Of a DNA stretch of 64,000 nucleotides, positions 33,351 through 43,784 are shown piece after piece. Source of the stretch: Phycisphaerae bacterium (lineage in GTDB: Bacteria; Planctomycetota; Phycisphaerae; UBA1845; Fen-1342); NCBI GenBank assembly GCA_050115495.1, contig JASFQK010000005.1:122531-186530 (forward strand). Direction: 5' to 3'. Position 1 is the stretch's first letter, and every line of letters begins with the position of its first letter. The position numbers were made by a program, and so were the translations under genes. The notes under the pieces are model-generated. The model saw only the letters and a list, made by a program, of their open reading frames with translations, made no database searches and was not told the origin of the DNA.

Positions 33351-34886
33351 CTACCCCCGCGCCGTCGCCAGGAGATCCTTGTCCTCACGCAGCAGGCGCA
33401 CGGCCGTGGCGATGTCGGCGCCGAAATGGCGGTCGGCTTCGGCGTGGGGGATGTGCCGGCGGATGAGCTCGTGGGCGGCCGCCGGTCCGCGGCCGGGTCG
33501 CAGCGGCGTGCGGAAGTCGATCGCCTGGGCGGCGCAGGTCATCTCGATGGCCAGCACCGTCTCGGCACGGTCGAGCACCTCGAAGCACTTCACGGCCGCC
33601 GTCGCCCCCATGCTCACGTGATCCTCCTGCCCGAGCGACGTCGGGATCGAGTCGACCGACGCCGGCGTCGACAGCACCTTCGCCTCGTTCAGCAGCGCCG
33701 CCGACGTGTACTGCGGAATCATGAAGCCGCTGTTGAGCCCCGTGTCCTGCATCAGCAGCTTGGGCAAACCGTCCTCGCCGGAGAGCAACTGGTACGTCCG
33801 CCGCTCGGAGATGTTGGCCAGGTCGGTCAGGGCGATAGCCAGGTAGTCGAGCACCAGGGCGAGCGGGGCACCGTGGAAGTTGCCGCCGCTGATGGCCTCG
33901 CCTTCGAACAGCACGGGGTTGTCGGTGACGCTGTTGATCTCGCGGACGATGACGTCGCAGAAATGGGCCAGCGCATCGCGAAACGCGCCGTGCACTTGCG
34001 GCACACAGCGCAGCGAGTACGGGTCCTGCACGCGCGGACAGCTCTCGTGCGACGCGAGAATCTCGCTGCCGGACATGTGCCGGCGGACATTGGCCGCGAC
34101 CCGTTGCGCCCCGGGATGCGGGCGGAGGGTGTGCAGCCGTTCGTCCATCGGCCGCACGCTGCCGCGGAAACCCTCCAGGCTCATGCAGGCAATCAGATCG
34201 GCCAGGTCGGCCAGCCGGCGGGCCCGGACGGCGATGTTCGCCGAGTACGCCGACATGAACTGCGTACCGTTGACGAGGGCCAGCCCTTCCTTCGCCGCCA
34301 GGCGCAGCGGTTCGAGGGCGACCGCGGCAAGCAACTCACTCGCCGGCCGCGTCTGCCGGCCGCCGGCAGATCGCGAACCGTGCGGCGCAGTCATCTCGCC
34401 CCGCCCGGTCAGGGCCAGCACCAGATGTGCAAGCGGGGCTAGGTCGCCGCTCGCGCCCAGCGAGCCGCGCGTCGGCACGACCGGCAGCATGTCCGCGTTC
34501 AGACACACCTGGAGCGCGTGCACCACATCACGCCGCACACCGCTATGCCCTTCGAGCAGCATGTGCAGCTTGAACAGCATCATCCAGCGGACGATCTCCG
34601 GCGGCGCCGCCGGCCCGACGCCGACGGCGTGCGACAGGATCAGGTTCTCCTGGAGCTTGTCGAGCTGCTCGGGCGAGATGCGCTTGTTCTTCAGGTGGCC
34701 GAAGCCGGTGTTGATCCCGTAGACCGCGTCACCACGCTGGGCGAGCTCGGTCACCCACTCCCGCCCCCGCTCGACGCGTTCCATTGCCGCCGGCTGGACC
34801 TTCACGCGCAGTGGCAGACCGTACGCCTCATCCAGCAGCGGCAACGTCAGCAGGTTCTCGCCCAGGGTCAACGCACATTCCGTCAT
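33351..34886 (-). CDS. hutH: Histidine ammonia-lyase
   Basis: YGINTGFG, SHAVGVG, MIO motif GSLGASGDLAPLAH, KEGLALVNG, QDPYSLRC, SGGNFHG, QEDHVSMG; ATG 34886 overlaps the upstream stop. Confidence 0.95.
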   Translation of the reverse strand: MTECALTLGENLLTLPLLDEAYGLPLRVKVQPAAMERVERGREWVTELAQRGDAVYGINTGFGHLKNKRISPEQLDKLQENLILSHAVGVGPAAPPEIVRWMMLFKLHMLLEGHSGVRRDVVHALQVCLNADMLPVVPTRGSLGASGDLAPLAHLVLALTGRGEMTAPHGSRSAGGRQTRPASELLAAVALEPLRLAAKEGLALVNGTQFMSAYSANIAVRARRLADLADLIACMSLEGFRGSVRPMDERLHTLRPHPGAQRVAANVRRHMSGSEILASHESCPRVQDPYSLRCVPQVHGAFRDALAHFCDVIVREINSVTDNPVLFEGEAISGGNFHGAPLALVLDYLAIALTDLANISERRTYQLLSGEDGLPKLLMQDTGLNSGFMIPQYTSAALLNEAKVLSTPASVDSIPTSLGQEDHVSMGATAAVKCFEVLDRAETVLAIEMTCAAQAIDFRTPLRPGRGPAAAHELIRRHIPHAEADRHFGADIATAVRLLREDKDLLATARG

Positions 34887-37663
34887 GGCTCGATCGTCTC
34901 CATATATCGCTCCACGGTCCGCTCCACATCGGCCAGCAGCTCGGGCAGCGCCGGCAAACTCCGGCTGTTCAGCAACCCATCGACTTCGGCCCGCAGAAGC
35001 GCCCGCGACTGCATCATGTAATACTCGCGTGGCAGCGCCACGTTCACCATCTCCAGCGCCTCGACGTCGTTGTCGGCGACGCGCACTCGGTACACCTGCC
35101 CGCCATCCACCGGCAGCCGGGCACAATACACCCAACGCGGGTCGCGGCGGTTGTACGGGCACCATTCCGGCACGAGGGCCGTGTATGGCTCGTCGCCGGG
35201 CAGTGGAACGCGCGTCAGCGTGCCCGCCGCCACGTCGAGCCGGATCAACCCCTGATCGCTGATGAGGAACACGACCGTCGCCGGCCCGTCGCCTTCGGGC
35301 GGCGCCGCGTGCACGAGGAAGTGCGGCTCGTCGTCGAGGCCGAGTTCCTCCGCCAGCCCGGGCGACGTCCACGCCCGACCGTGGGCCCGGTCGAGCAGCA
35401 CGTGCGGACCGCCGCGGATCGCCACGTGCACCAGGTCCGGCGCACGCGGCACGCGCTGCAACAGGCCGATCTCCGGCAGATCCGGATCGGCGACGAACTC
35501 CCGGTTGCTGACCAGGTCCTGCCGCCAATACTCGCCCATCTCGCCGGCGGTCGGCACGGGCACTGCGGCCAACAGCGGGGCCAGTGCGTCCAGCGCCGGC
35601 CGGGCGTCCTGATCGAACGCGGCCAGGTCTTCCGTCGCGATGTTCAGCACGAGCGGCGGCGCGTCGTCCATCCGCACCTCGACGATCCGCCGGCGATCGC
35701 AGATGTACGCCCGCCCCTCGTCCGTATAGCCGAGCCACGGCCAGTTGAGCGGCCCCGGGAACCACGTCAGCGAGGGCCGATCCACCGGCGTGACCGCACC
35801 GGTCGCCGACTCGAACCGCAGCAGTTGCCGTCCTCGCGTGAGCACGAGCCACGCCACCTGGTCACGTCCCAGCGGCACCGCCAGCAGCAGCCCGCGCACC
35901 ACCGACGGGGCGCCCGGCCGTCCGCCGATCTCGCCGGCGAATTCCGCCGTCGACCGCAGCGCTGCCGCCCCGGGCAAACCCGCGGCTCGCGCCAGGGCCG
36001 CCTGCGCTTCGGGAATCCGCTCCGCGGCGAGGTGTTCGAGCGCCTCGAACATCGCCAGCCAGCCTTCGTGTTGCGGGTCGTCCGGACAATCGCCCAGCCG
36101 TTCACGCGCCGCCGCCAGCACCGCCGGATCCATCGTGCCCAGCGCGTACTCCAGCAGGACCGCGGCCCGCGCGAGGGCGGGAGCGTTCTCGTCGGCGACG
36201 TTCGGCAGCATCTGGAGCAGGTGGCTGTGCACGGTGGCCGCGTTCTCCTCATGGAGCGCGTACAGCATCCAATGCGCGTACGTCCCGAGCGCATCGTTGC
36301 CGGCGTGGTTAACGAGGCTGAGCATGTCCGCCGTCCGCTCGTCCTCCGGGCAGGCGTACAGGAAGAACGCCACCTCCGCCGCCACCTGCGGATTCTGGAT
36401 GTGCAGCCGGCTGACCGGCGGCCCCGGCGGCTGGAGGATGGCGCGGGCGTCTTCGTAGAAGCCGTTGAGTGCCCCCTGGGCGTCGCCGCGCAGAAATGCC
36501 AGCCAGGCGTCCGTCCGCACGCGCACCCACTTGCGCACACTCTGCGGTGCGGTGCGCAGAATCTGGCTCCGCGGCTCGATCAGCCGCAGGCACTCGGAGA
36601 CCAGGTCCATCTCCGACAACATCCACGCCCCGACGGCCAGCAGGTTGCCGGCGATGCGGTCGTTGTCCGGGTGGCCGCCGAGCTGACCGCGGTATCGCGT
36701 CCACCACATGTCGGCGACGTGGGCCAGCGCCTCGGCGTAGCGGCCGGCCGGTACGAGCACGCGCTGCACCACGATGTCCGGGTCGGTGCCGCCGTCCAGC
36801 CCGGTGGCCGACGCGTGGTTCCAGAGCTGCCACTCCATGTAGAACGGTGCCTTACCCGGTCCGGCCAGATCGAGCGAGGACGGACTGCTCCACGGCAGGT
36901 ACGGCGACAGCGGCTGACACGCGTCCGGATGCGTCGCGAGCAGGCGCGACGCGGTCCGGACATCTCCCGCCGTGTAGGCAATCACCGCCCGCAGCAGCGG
37001 CGACAGCTCCACCTCGGGCACGGGCCCTTCCAGTTCACTGAGCAGTCCGTGGGCTCGCTCGGCGTAGCCGGCGTTGTACCAATACACGGCGGCAGCGATC
37101 GTCGCCCCGCGCGGCGCCTGGTAGTCGCATAGGGCCGGTCCGTCTTCGAACGATAGCGGCCCCACCTCGCGCGGCCCACCCGGTCCGCGGGCACGCAGCA
37201 TGTACCCGACGTTCGTATCTCGGGCCCGCTCTCGCAACTCGCCGACGCTGCCCACCCGCCGGTTGTTCACGTGCGTGATCAAGTCGCCCGGTTGCAGCAG
37301 CCCGGCGAGGTCGCCGCGGATGACGAGGACGGCCGCTTCGGGCGGAGCGATGTTCTCGATGATGAAGCGCAGGCGGAAGCGGACCTCCGGATCGGTCTCG
37401 CGTTCGAGCCGTTCGCGCAGGGCCGGCCCGATCTCCTCACCCAGGGTCAGCAGGTGCTGCGTCGCCGCCTCACGAGCGCGGTAGTCGTCGTCGCCGAGCA
37501 GGGCCAGCAGGACGTCGAGCGATGTGCGCGGTTGCGTGGTACTGGCGGCTTCTGTCGCCGGCTGCGGTCGGCTGGCGGCCGGTGGCGTGTCCTGCGCCAC
37601 CGCCGACCTGGACAGCAGGCCGCACAGCAGCAGGCACGAGATGACAAGTTGGCGGCGGTGCAT
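34883..37663 (-). CDS. Large secreted hypothetical protein (HEAT-like hairpin, PDZ-like domain, helical region, probable C-terminal beta-rich domain)
   Basis: Signal peptide ending AVA; LGDDDYRAREAAT...DPEVRFR; LQPGDLITHVNNRRV. Confidence 0.75.
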   Translation of the reverse strand: MHRRQLVISCLLLCGLLSRSAVAQDTPPAASRPQPATEAASTTQPRTSLDVLLALLGDDDYRAREAATQHLLTLGEEIGPALRERLERETDPEVRFRLRFIIENIAPPEAAVLVIRGDLAGLLQPGDLITHVNNRRVGSVGELRERARDTNVGYMLRARGPGGPREVGPLSFEDGPALCDYQAPRGATIAAAVYWYNAGYAERAHGLLSELEGPVPEVELSPLLRAVIAYTAGDVRTASRLLATHPDACQPLSPYLPWSSPSSLDLAGPGKAPFYMEWQLWNHASATGLDGGTDPDIVVQRVLVPAGRYAEALAHVADMWWTRYRGQLGGHPDNDRIAGNLLAVGAWMLSEMDLVSECLRLIEPRSQILRTAPQSVRKWVRVRTDAWLAFLRGDAQGALNGFYEDARAILQPPGPPVSRLHIQNPQVAAEVAFFLYACPEDERTADMLSLVNHAGNDALGTYAHWMLYALHEENAATVHSHLLQMLPNVADENAPALARAAVLLEYALGTMDPAVLAAARERLGDCPDDPQHEGWLAMFEALEHLAAERIPEAQAALARAAGLPGAAALRSTAEFAGEIGGRPGAPSVVRGLLLAVPLGRDQVAWLVLTRGRQLLRFESATGAVTPVDRPSLTWFPGPLNWPWLGYTDEGRAYICDRRRIVEVRMDDAPPLVLNIATEDLAAFDQDARPALDALAPLLAAVPVPTAGEMGEYWRQDLVSNREFVADPDLPEIGLLQRVPRAPDLVHVAIRGGPHVLLDRAHGRAWTSPGLAEELGLDDEPHFLVHAAPPEGDGPATVVFLISDQGLIRLDVAAGTLTRVPLPGDEPYTALVPEWCPYNRRDPRWVYCARLPVDGGQVYRVRVADNDVEALEMVNVALPREYYMMQSRALLRAEVDGLLNSRSLPALPELLADVERTVERYMETIEP

Positions 37664-37843
37664 CGTCCGGCTCCGGGCTGCGGCCAGTGCTCAGTCTACG
37701 GCGGGGCGGACGGTCCGTGCCAGCGTACGGGTCGGTGGGAATCTCCGGCAGGGCATCGGCAGCCGCCGGCCCGCCGGCTACACTGACGCCAATCAGCGCC
37801 AATCGGCGTGAGATTCGCGCAACGAGCAACAGCGGAGCACCAC

Positions 37844-38395
37844 GTGAAGCCACCGATCGTCACCGTCTTCGGCTCATCGCAACCTGCCCCCGGCAGTCCT
37901 GCTTATCAGACCGCCTACGACCTCGGCCTGGCCATCGGCCGCGCCGGATGGACGCTATGCAATGGCGGGTACGGTGGCACGATGGAAGCCACTGCCCGTG
38001 GTGCCGCAGAGGCCGGCGGACACACTATCGGCGTGACCTGCTCCATCTTCGGCCGCGGATCGGCGAATCGATTCATTAAGCAGGAGATTCCCACCTTTTA
38101 CCTTCTTACTCGCCTGGATACGCTCGTGCGCCTCGGGCAGGCGTACGTGGTTCTCCCCGGCGGCACCGGCACGCTGCTGGAGCTGGCCCTCGTCTGGGAG
38201 CTGCTTAACAAACGACTTCTTCGCAGAAACGCGCCCATCATCCTCATGGGCAACACGTGGCAACCGGTCGTCGAGGTCATCCGCCGGGAGCAGCCGGAGA
38301 CGATGGATCTACAAGTTGCTGCCAATGCTGAACTTGCGGCCGAGGCCCTGCGGGCCCATTTCGCCACGGACGCTCCGGAGCCGGCGGCCGGCTGA
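37844..38395 (+). CDS. LOG family Rossmann-fold nucleotide-binding protein
   Basis: VTVFGSS, NGGYGGTMEA, LPGGTGTLLEL; GTG at 37844 after GGAG. Confidence 0.88.
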   Translation: MKPPIVTVFGSSQPAPGSPAYQTAYDLGLAIGRAGWTLCNGGYGGTMEATARGAAEAGGHTIGVTCSIFGRGSANRFIKQEIPTFYLLTRLDTLVRLGQAYVVLPGGTGTLLELALVWELLNKRLLRRNAPIILMGNTWQPVVEVIRREQPETMDLQVAANAELAAEALRAHFATDAPEPAAG

Positions 38396-38537
38396 CGAGA
38401 CCCCGTCACCCACCCTTGACCGCGCCGGCCCGATGCCGCTACTATCGTGCCACTGAGGCCCGGCCGGCCTCAGGAATGTGGCGCGGTCGAATCGGGCAGG
38501 GTCGAGGGAACGCCTCCTCGACAGAGTGGTTTCTGGC

Positions 38538-39404
38538 ATGATCGTTGATTGCCATACACAGATCTGGGACCAGAACGCGCGTCTGGGCTCTAACACTCCG
38601 TCCATCGTCCGGCCAGCCGACGCCAACCGGCACCTCGAAGCCGCCGACCCGGTGGATCGAGCGATCGTGCTGGCGTTCAAGAGCCGCTATCTCGACGCCG
38701 AGATCCCCAATCGTTTCGTTGCCGACTACGTGCGTCGCTATTCGCCGAAGATGCTCGGCTTCGCCGGCATCGATCCGACGGAGCGCGACTGGCGCGAGGA
38801 GTTGCGCATCGCCCAGGAGGATCTCCAGCTCAAGGGCGTGGTGGTCTCGCCGGCAATGCAGGACTTCCACCCCTCCGATACGCTCGCGATGCGGTTGTAC
38901 GAGGAGTGCGCTCGCCGCGGTATGCCGATCGTCTTCGACCAACAGCACCGTGCGCCGGCGGCGAAGATGGAGTACGCCCGGCCGCTGCTGCTGGATGAGG
39001 TGGCGCGGTCGTTCCCCAGCCTGCCGATCGTGATCTCGCACCTGGGCTATCCGTGGACCGCCGAGACGACCGCCCTGCTCGCCAAACATGAGCGCGTCTA
39101 CGCCGATATCGCCGGCCTGCACGATCAGCAGTGGCTGACGTACACGGCGCTGCTGACGGCGTACGAATACGGCGTGATGGACAAGCTGCTCTTCGCCAGC
39201 GGCTTTCCGCAACGGGCCCCGGCCGAGTGCATCGAGGCCCTGTATTCCATCAATCAACTCGCCCACGGCACCAACCTGAAGGCGGTTCCGCGCGAGCAGT
39301 TGCGGGGCATCGTCGAGCGCGACGCGCTGCGCCTGCTCGGCCTCGAGAACACCTCGCCCACCGTCGCCAGGAACAAGACGGGGATCTTCTCCAACGATGA
39401 TTGA
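38538..39404 (+). CDS. Amidohydrolase family 2 protein with degenerate metal ligands
   Basis: MIVDCHTQ, GFAGIDP, ISHLGYPW, VYADIA, KLLFASGFP. Confidence 0.85.
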   Translation: MIVDCHTQIWDQNARLGSNTPSIVRPADANRHLEAADPVDRAIVLAFKSRYLDAEIPNRFVADYVRRYSPKMLGFAGIDPTERDWREELRIAQEDLQLKGVVVSPAMQDFHPSDTLAMRLYEECARRGMPIVFDQQHRAPAAKMEYARPLLLDEVARSFPSLPIVISHLGYPWTAETTALLAKHERVYADIAGLHDQQWLTYTALLTAYEYGVMDKLLFASGFPQRAPAECIEALYSINQLAHGTNLKAVPREQLRGIVERDALRLLGLENTSPTVARNKTGIFSNDD

Positions 39405-39978
39405 TCGCCAACGGCCTTGCGCCGCTGCCGCCATCGCGCTCCTTGCCGCCGGCCTCCTGCTGAGTGTCGGCTGCCACCGCCCGGCGTGTGTGCTCGAACT
39501 GCGTTCCTACCAGGACCCGTATTTCCCCGAGACGTATCGGCTGCCGCTCGACCGGTGCGTGTGCCGCGACGACGTGAGCGGAAACCGCGACATCATCGGC
39601 ACCGCCACGCATCCGACCGCCGATCCCAAGCAGCCGCCGATCACGCAGTACCTGCACGTGCACCTGTTCTGGCAGCCCAAGCCCGGCGTGACGTTCTCGA
39701 ACGAGACCTCGGTCAACGCCACGATCCGCTACCTGGTCGTCACGCCGACGGGCTCGGCGCTCTATGTCGGCACCGGCTTCGTCTATCCCAAGCGCCGGCG
39801 CTGGGGCCGGCTCATCGCCGAAGTCGAGACCGCGCGCCTGCACCTGGAAGAGCAGGTGGGCATGCCACCCGAGGTGCTGGGCGACACGCGGCTGTCGGGC
39901 ACGCTCGTGGCTCGTGAGGACTCGGCCGCGACGGTCGATCTGATGCACGAACTCGATCTGCATCTCGCCGAACCCTGA
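39397..39978 (+). CDS. Hypothetical lipoprotein
   Basis: Hydrophobic leader ending SVGC; overlaps the upstream stop. Confidence 0.7.
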   Translation: MIDRQRPCAAAAIALLAAGLLLSVGCHRPACVLELRSYQDPYFPETYRLPLDRCVCRDDVSGNRDIIGTATHPTADPKQPPITQYLHVHLFWQPKPGVTFSNETSVNATIRYLVVTPTGSALYVGTGFVYPKRRRWGRLIAEVETARLHLEEQVGMPPEVLGDTRLSGTLVAREDSAATVDLMHELDLHLAEP

Positions 39979-40001
39979 GGCGCGGTCAGCGTCATTTCCG
40001 C

Positions 40002-40364
40002 ATGTTCGTCCTGCTCGAACACCAGCCAGATCCCGCCGCACCGCAGCAACCCGTCCATTGGGACCTGCTGATCGAACTGCCTGAGCAGGAGCTGCTGGCC
40101 ACGTGGCGGTTGGCGGAAAATCCCCTCGATGCGCGTGATCCCATCCCCGCCGAACGCATCTTCGATCACGACCGCCGCTTCCTCGACTATGAAGGCCCGC
40201 TGCGCTCCGGTCGCGGCGCGGTCCGCCGACTCGATCGCGGTCCGGCCGATGTGCACGAACATGCCGGGGATGAGCTGCGCGTCACGCTGCACGGACAGCA
40301 CGTGCGCGGCGCGTACGCGCTGATCGGCACCGCGACCGGCCTCGAACTCCGTCGGTCGATGTAA
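40002..40364 (+). CDS. Standalone LigD 3'-phosphoesterase (PE)-like domain protein
   Basis: FVLLEH, HWDLLIE, LATW, DH...LDYEG, GAVRRLDRG match the LigD PE pattern. Confidence 0.8.
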   Translation: MFVLLEHQPDPAAPQQPVHWDLLIELPEQELLATWRLAENPLDARDPIPAERIFDHDRRFLDYEGPLRSGRGAVRRLDRGPADVHEHAGDELRVTLHGQHVRGAYALIGTATGLELRRSM

Positions 40365-40384
40365 TCCCCCACGATCAGGAAGCG

Positions 40385-41608
40385 TCAGGCCTCCTGCCCC
40401 ACCTGCTCCAGCACGTCGACGAACTGCTCGGCGAGCAGCCCGCGGGCGAACCGTGCTTCGGCCAGCGCCCGCGCCTGCCGGCCCATCTCGCGTCGCTCAG
40501 CCGCATGCTCGCGCAGCCATAGCACCGCGTCGGCGAAGGCCCCCGTATCCGCCGGCGGAACCACCCGCCCGCACTCGTGCTCGCCGATCATGTCCGCCAG
40601 CCAGCCGGGGTAGTTGTTCAGCACCGGCAGCCCGCAGGCGATGTAATCGAAGAACTTGTTCGGCGACGTGCCGTAGTAGAACGCCGGCAGGTTCTTCAGG
40701 ATCATCAGCCCCACGTCCATGCGGGGCAGCACCGCGGCCAGCTCCTCCTTCGGCATCGGCGGCACCCAGCTCATCAGCCCGTCGAGCCCCTCCTGCCGGC
40801 TGCGCTCCTGCAAGCGCTCCTTCTCGCGGCCCTGGCCGATCATGACGAAACGCACGCCCCGCACGCCGCGGCGCTTCAACTCGCCGGCGGCGTCGAGCAC
40901 GACATCGAGCCCGTTGGCCAACCCGTGTGCCCCGGTGAACACCAGCCGGAAATCGTCCGGATCGCCGAAACGCTCGTCCCGCAACGGCTCATCGCTCGGC
41001 TGAAACAGCTCGATATCCGAACCGTTGGGGATCATGCTGACCTGCTCGGCGGGATAGCCGGTCCGGCAAACGCCATCCTTGATCCCGGGGGCCAGGGCGA
41101 TCACGCGGTGGGCGGCGAAGTAGATCCGCCGCTCCATCCGCCGCAGATACCACTTCAACAGCGGGTTTCGCACGATGCCGATCTCGATGGGGATCTCCGG
41201 CCAGAGGTCGCGCACCTCGAACACGAACGGCACGCCGAGCCGCCGCGCCCCCTTCATGCCCGGTATGCCTACGGTCAGCGGGGTCGACGTGGCCAGCACG
41301 ATGTCAGCATCGAGCCCGCCGACCAGCGCCGCCGCCGTACGAGCGAACCGCCCGAACGACAGCACCCGCCGAAAGAAGCCCATTCTGTTGCTGTACGGCT
41401 CGGCGATGCAGCGAACCTGGATGCCGTCGATGTCCAGCTCGTTGATCCGCCCGCGCAGGTCGAAGCAGTTGGCAGTGGCGTCGTTCACGCCGCAGATCAT
41501 GGTCACGCGATGGCCGCGGGCCAGAAGCCGCTGGCTCATCTCGTAAGAGCGCGTCCCGGTCGAGCCGCGCTTCGTCGAGAAATGCTGGTGGATATAGGCA
41601 ACGTGCAT
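40385..41608 (-). CDS. GT4 glycosyltransferase (WbuB-like)
   Basis: ATSTPL, FVFEVRDLWPE, GAHGLANGL, SPNKFFDY. Confidence 0.92.
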   Translation of the reverse strand: MHVAYIHQHFSTKRGSTGTRSYEMSQRLLARGHRVTMICGVNDATANCFDLRGRINELDIDGIQVRCIAEPYSNRMGFFRRVLSFGRFARTAAALVGGLDADIVLATSTPLTVGIPGMKGARRLGVPFVFEVRDLWPEIPIEIGIVRNPLLKWYLRRMERRIYFAAHRVIALAPGIKDGVCRTGYPAEQVSMIPNGSDIELFQPSDEPLRDERFGDPDDFRLVFTGAHGLANGLDVVLDAAGELKRRGVRGVRFVMIGQGREKERLQERSRQEGLDGLMSWVPPMPKEELAAVLPRMDVGLMILKNLPAFYYGTSPNKFFDYIACGLPVLNNYPGWLADMIGEHECGRVVPPADTGAFADAVLWLREHAAERREMGRQARALAEARFARGLLAEQFVDVLEQVGQEA

Positions 41609-41622
41609 CTTCTCACACACAC

Positions 41623-42789
41623 TTACGACGGCTGCGGCGCCGGACCGATGCCGGTGATGAACTCCACGCTACGGCGGACCGTGCGGGCACTGGCCCGCGG
41701 ATGTACGGCCAGGTTCACCGTCTCCCGGCACGCCCGATCCGCCTCCGGGCACATGCCCGTGTGATAGCCGTAGGCTTCCATGGGTGTCTCGATCGGATGA
41801 AGTGGGCACTCGAACCAACTGCCCACTTCGACGAAGTGCCGCGCCGCCGTCGCCACCGCCTTCTCCTTATCGGCCACGCGCACCGGGTAGCGCACGAGCA
41901 CCGGATCGAGTTCCGTCGGCAGCCGCGGCACCGGCCAGCCCCGTTCGGTCAGCAGACGATCGTACAGGGCGGCCAGCTCCCGGCGATGAGCCTGGCCACG
42001 GTCGCGCCGCCGCAGCTGCTTGCGGCCGACGCGGGCCTGCATCGCGCTCATGCCCTTGAAGAAGCCGGGCTCCATGGTCGGCCGAAACTCGCATGTGCCC
42101 GACGAGCCCACCACCAGTCCGGCCCGCGTCAGCAACCGAAACGCCGTCTGGGCGAACGCCGTCGTCCGCGGATACACCAGCGTGCGATACACGGCGAGTT
42201 GAGCCCGCAACATATTCACTTCACGCCCACTCGGCGGGGTCAGCTCCCGTTCGCACAGCGCTGCGACGCGCCCCGCCAGGTCCGCATCGTTGATCGCCGC
42301 CATCCCGCCCAGCCCGCTCGTGTACGGCTTGTTCCACTGGAACGAGTAATACGCGGCGAGGCCGAACGTGCCCGTCGGCTTACCGGCGTAGCGCGAGCCG
42401 AACGACAGACAGCAGTCCTCGACGACTGGAAGGCCCTTCCGCTGGGCGATGTCCAGGATGGCGCCCATGTCCGCCGGATAACCGTAGGTGTGCTGGGCGA
42501 TGAGGAGCTTCGTGCGGGGCGTAATGTGGCTTTCAATCTGGTCCGGGTCGAGGTTGTACGTGACCGGGTTGATATCGACGAAGACGGGCTTGGCCCCCAG
42601 GTACACGATGGGGTTCACGGCCATCACGCACGTGTACCCCGGCAGGACCACTTCATCTCCCTCGCCGATCCCCAGCGCCTTGAGAATGGCGTACAGGGCG
42701 ACGCGGCCCTTCCAGAAGCCGAATGCCTGCACGGCCCCCACGGCCTCGGCGAACTCACGCTGGTAGGCGGCCAGATCCGTAGCGCTCAT
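41623..42789 (-). CDS. DegT/DnrJ/EryC1/StrS family PLP aminotransferase-like protein
   Basis: GDEVVLPGYTC, QHTYGYP, VVEDCC, SFQWNK (PLP Lys). Confidence 0.88.
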   Translation of the reverse strand: MSATDLAAYQREFAEAVGAVQAFGFWKGRVALYAILKALGIGEGDEVVLPGYTCVMAVNPIVYLGAKPVFVDINPVTYNLDPDQIESHITPRTKLLIAQHTYGYPADMGAILDIAQRKGLPVVEDCCLSFGSRYAGKPTGTFGLAAYYSFQWNKPYTSGLGGMAAINDADLAGRVAALCERELTPPSGREVNMLRAQLAVYRTLVYPRTTAFAQTAFRLLTRAGLVVGSSGTCEFRPTMEPGFFKGMSAMQARVGRKQLRRRDRGQAHRRELAALYDRLLTERGWPVPRLPTELDPVLVRYPVRVADKEKAVATAARHFVEVGSWFECPLHPIETPMEAYGYHTGMCPEADRACRETVNLAVHPRASARTVRRSVEFITGIGPAPQPS

Positions 42790-42816
42790 CGCGAAACCCT
42801 CAGAATCCGCCACTAG

Positions 42817-43533
42817 TCAGCCGGTAGCGCCGCCCGGCTTCTGCACCACAGCCAGGTAGTGCGTCCGCAACGGCGGCAGCAGGTATAACAACTCGCACAA
42901 TATCCAGCTCCAATTCGCGATCCGCCGCGCGAGTGGCGGAGCCAGTGTCGTCGTGCGGAAGCAGATCGGCAACCCGGAAAAGAGCTCGCGCAGCTCCGCC
43001 TTGCGGATGGGCGTCACGTCGGGGTTGTCCGGCCGCGTTATCCGCATGTCGTAGCTGACAATGATCCCACCCGGCGCCAACACGCGTACCATCTCCGATG
43101 CCACGTGCCGGCGAACCTCACGGTCCAGGATCGAACTGAACACCGTGAACTGGATGACCACGTCGAAGAACCCGTCATCCCACGGCAGGTGACTGGCCCC
43201 GCCCAGGACCACCTCGAATCGCGGGTTCTGTCGGCGAGCCCGCTCGACGCGTTCCTCGATCAGATCGATCCCGTACAGCCGGTCCGGCGAGAAACCGTAA
43301 GGCAGCAGGCGCGACAGCTCTCCACCGGCGCCGCAACCCACGTCCAGCAGCCGGCATTCGCTCAACGGCTTGTGCACGTGCTGACGGAGCAGGTGCAGGA
43401 GTGTGCGTTCCCGCGTCTGCACGGCGAACAGCGCGCTGGGCAACAGCGCCGTGTACAGCCGGCTTTGGGGCAGTCCCTTGCGTTGCTCGTAGGTGGCCCG
43501 GATGCGGGCTTCCTCTCGCTGCTCGTCAACCAT
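42817..43533 (-). CDS. Class I SAM-dependent methyltransferase
   Basis: LLDVGCGAG, GIDL, FDVVIQFTVFSSI, RVLAPGG. Confidence 0.9.
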   Translation of the reverse strand: MVDEQREEARIRATYEQRKGLPQSRLYTALLPSALFAVQTRERTLLHLLRQHVHKPLSECRLLDVGCGAGGELSRLLPYGFSPDRLYGIDLIEERVERARRQNPRFEVVLGGASHLPWDDGFFDVVIQFTVFSSILDREVRRHVASEMVRVLAPGGIIVSYDMRITRPDNPDVTPIRKAELRELFSGLPICFRTTTLAPPLARRIANWSWILCELLYLLPPLRTHYLAVVQKPGGATG

Positions 43534-43784
43534 CCCTCGCCCTCAGGCCGGTGACATCCGCCGCCCGCCATCGCGGGCCGTTTGCGTCGTCCCGGTCGTC
43601 CCGTCGCCAGGCAGCGCTTGCCGCTCCCGCGCTCGTATGATTCTAGGCCGCCGCCGGCGCAGCGCCAAACTGCCGCCCGCGCCCGCTTGCACAACACCAA
43701 TGCGCTGCGGCAAGAATCACCTATGCGCTGGCCGACACGCGCTGGCCTCCCCACTTCCGCCTCTGCATGGAAAGGCAACAAGTC

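Noticed and set aside
34887..35852. N-terminal extension or fusion on HutH (833-aa ORF call)
   Set aside because: The extension is an alternative frame of the upstream gene; the ATGA-coupled start at 34886 gives a normal-length HutH.
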